64,000 nt of DNA from Leptogorgia sarmentosa (lineage: Eukaryota). Where the stretch lies: assembly GCA_964658305.1 (NCBI GenBank), contig OZ210885.1:25048001-25112000 (forward strand), given 5' to 3'. Made by a program: the position numbers and the translations under genes. The notes beneath the pieces are model-generated. The model saw nothing but the letters and a program-made list of their open reading frames with translations. It made no database searches and had not been told where the DNA came from. This document shows positions 61,132 through 64,000 of the stretch, piece after piece (within the stretch, counting starts at the first letter, position 1; each line of letters begins with the position of its first letter).

Positions 61132-63219
61132 GGTGACTATAACAACTACTAATTATAATTACTAACATAACAACTACTTAATAATTATGAATATGTGTGC
61201 AGTTTAATGAGTGAAATTCACCAACTTACATAAGTCCTAAACTAAACGGGGTTCATTTTCAATGGCTCAACAGTGAAATATGCGATTCCGACTAACATTT
61301 TTTATTGGATTCCTATTTACTCACTTTTTATCCATTTGGCATGAAGAAGATAAAAGCTTAAACCTAAAACTCTTAGCGCACAAGGGATGATGGTCGGTTA
61401 TTGCTTATTTAGGCTCATAAAGTTGGCTTTGCGAAGACAATTTTCTGAGTTTAAGGGTCTAATAGGTAAAAACCCATCATTCCTCGCATGCTCAGAGTTA
61501 AAGTTTTGGAATACATATATATATTATATACTAACTTGCATACTAACTTGTTCCATTTTGTTTTAGAATCGAGGAGTTGTTCCAGAATAAATTATATGAA
61601 CTGGTTATGTTTATGGGAACGTTTTGTAAATAATGTATATATTTCAACAGTTTTAATTGTAACATTTTTATATATATAATTATATCGTACACAATAAATC
61701 TTGAATATAGTTTTAACTTGAAAGTGTTGAGCTCTTGTCTGAGTGGTGATTTGCATGAGTTAAATTTCTCGATATACAGCTGATGTTGAAATCACTATTG
61801 TTCAAATTTGAATGCCCTTCCAAACAGCCGAACTTAATGACGCGTAAAATATTGACAAGGTGATGTATAAACATCATCTTTGTAAAGTGCGCGATTTTCT
61901 GCTCTTGGGAGTTTAAAACAGCTTCTTAAATAGTTTCTTTATGCATAAAATTTACTTTGCACTTTCGAATGTTCGGCGAACGTTCTACGGACGTTTGTGC
62001 GAACGTTCATTTGGACGTTTGTAGGACGTCAAGCGGAGTCGACAAATAAACGTTCTCACAACGTTCAATTATAATGTTCGCAGAACATAAGTGTAACGTT
62101 CGCACAACGTTTTGGGAACGTTCCTGTGCCAGCTGGGATTATATTAGCCATGAGAAAGAGAAAAAATAGACAGTCTTTGAAACGTTATTTTGTTAAAATC
62201 GTCCCTAGTTCATCCATATTGAACATGATAGCCACAAGTTTCAAGCAATATTGTTTTCAGTTTGTTCATATGCACCATATTTTTATGGCTTCATTTCGAT
62301 ATTTTAAACTATCTTCTATGAACCGAATCCACAAAAATATCGATACGATAAAGCGCTCTTCGTGTAGTATTTTCTATAGTCAACCAATAGCTTGTAGACA
62401 CAACATGCCTCCTAATCAACAGTACAACATATGTCAAAAGACACTTTTGTTATCAGGAGATATTGAAATGAATCCTGGTCCTGTTCAAAACACCAGTTCT
62501 CTTTGTAGTATACCACCAAATACAATATTAAAACAAAGGTTGAGATGCTTTCAGTTAAGACCATTGGATGTTGGTGGTGGTGGTGATTGTTTCTTTCGAG
62601 CTGTGTCACATCAGTTGTATGGTAACCCTGAACAACACTTAGATGTTAGAGCTGCAGGTGTTCAATATATGAGAGATAATCCTGAGAGATTCATTGAGAG
62701 TAATACTGAAAACTCTTGGTTAGGGTATCTGAATATGTCTATGCAGGGGACATGGAGTGATGCTATGATCATACAAGCTGTAGCAGACCAGCTTAAGCTA
62801 AGAATTGTTATTGCTGAGACACATGAAAGGTTTCGTGAATATAGCATAATCCAACCAGTATTGGTAACTCAGGAACTAACCACTGTGTATTTGGGCCATA
62901 TATCATGGGCATTATGTGTCGACATTGCCATGCCCTTCATTGTTAGGTCCCTCTGATAATCAGTTCAATCTGCCTATAGCATTAGACTCTAGTCAACAAG
63001 CTGAAATAAATATTACTAATGAAAATGTTACCAAAAGAAAAGAAAATCAAACTGTCAATTTAATAAATCAGGTAAAACAATTCAAGAATATGAAAAGACG
63101 GTACATAAACAAAAACAAAACTTGTAGAACACAAAGTCCTAAGTCTAAGCAAATGAGCAAATGTTACTTTAGGAAATACATGAAACAAAGACAAGCAAAT
63201 ATGAGATCCAAACCAAGTG

Positions 63220-63900
63220 TTCCAAGTAAGCAAAAGAAAACATATATGAAAGAATACATGAGAAAGAAACATGCAGATAAGAGTTTCCAATCAAGAAGAC
63301 CATGTATTACATCTAAGCAAAATAAAAATATGTACATGAAAGAGTATATGAGAAAAAAACGTTCAGATGAGAGTTATCAAACCAGAACACCAACTGTTGC
63401 ATCTAAGCAAAATAAAAATATGTACATGAAAGACTATATGAGAGAGAAACGTGCAGATGAGAGTTTTCAATCCAGAACACCAAGTGTTACATCTAAGCAA
63501 AATAAAAATATGTACATGAAAGAATATATGAGAGAGAAACGTGCAGATCAGAGTTCTCAATCCAGAACACCAAGTATTGCATCTAAGCAAAATAAAAATA
63601 TATACATGAAAGAATATATGAGAGAGAAACGTGCAGATCAGAGTTCTCAATCCAGAACACCAAGTATTGCATCTAAGCAAAATAAAAATATGTACATGAA
63701 AGACTATATGAGAGAGAAACGTGCAGATCAGAGTTGTCAATCCAGAACACCAAGTGTTACATCTAAGCAAAATAAAAATATGTACATGAAAGACTATATG
63801 AGAAAAAAACGTGGACATGAGAATTTCCAGCCTTCAACACCAACTATCGCATCTAAGCAAAGAAAAAAACAATATATGAATGAATATTATATGAAACAAA
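63220..63900 (+). repeat. Coding 90-bp minisatellite (30-aa basic repeat), about 7 copies
   Basis: CATCTAAGCAAA recurs at 63310, 63400, 63490, 63580, 63670, 63760 and 63850. The unit encodes KQNKNMYMKEYMREKRADQSSQSRTPSIAS. Confidence 0.92.
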
Positions 63901-64000
63901 AACGTTCTGCGAGTAAGTCATTACAAAGTTTAATATCAAAATTTCATGATATTGTCTCACAAGGTCCAGTATACATTTGCACTTGTTGTGACCAATTATG

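Larger units (their letters stand above)
52237..62137 (+). mobile_element. EnSpm/CACTA transposon
   Basis: CCCAGCT(A/G)GCAC termini, AT TSD, and arrays of AACGTT subterminal repeats at both ends. Confidence 0.93.
48122..64000 (+). mobile_element. Helentron element 2 (5' end present, runs off window)
   Basis: T-run-GTATCTGC-aaac-GCAGATAC-TATGCTATG 5' structure in a T-run of the 5S spacer. It contains an RPA-like gene and an OTU/Zn ORF. Confidence 0.72.
51998..64000 (+). pseudogene. Helentron 2 main ORF: leader, 2A-like peptide, OTU, 30-aa repeats, Zn region; split by CACTA
   Basis: 51998-52236 joins 62140 in frame (PIKKI|ILAMRKR). LLLSGDIEMNPGP, then DVGGGGDCFFRAVSHQLYG..GTWSD. The window ends at FHDIVSQGPVYICTCCDQL. 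Frameshifts near 62900-63150. Confidence 0.8.

Noticed and set aside
63363..63818. 151-aa minus-strand repetitive ORF
   Set aside because: It is the antisense shadow of the plus-strand 90-bp coding repeat, which leads into the Helentron Zn motif.

Overview
AT-rich, intron-containing eukaryotic DNA. I infer a marine invertebrate, probably a cnidarian, from the TE families present. The window is almost entirely nested DNA transposons, and I see no ordinary host gene. From left to right: (1) A decayed Mutator/NOF-like transposase gene fused to PHD, USP and Ulp1 protease domains (minus strand). It is split by a DD37E Tc1 element, itself split by a 9-bp-TSD element, and by a Crypton-like element. 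(2) A decayed integrase-core gene and a convergent HECT-ligase gene. Inside this pair sit a hAT element (OTU-fused transposase, an intact Harbinger, and a type III hammerhead ribozyme), an apparently intact Zator-like element with a candidate -1 ribosomal frameshift, and a Helentron carrying a HINE and a Sola3 fragment. (3) A degenerate 5S rDNA-derived array. One 5S copy is split by a two-gene element with CAC termini and a RAG1/Transib-like transposase. (4) A second Helentron (RPA-like gene, 2A-like peptide, OTU, 30-aa repeats), split by a 9.9-kb EnSpm/CACTA element that carries several MITEs. Most boundaries rest on TIRs/TSDs read from the sequence and on in-frame restoration of the interrupted ORFs. 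Family names come from motif recognition, not database searches.
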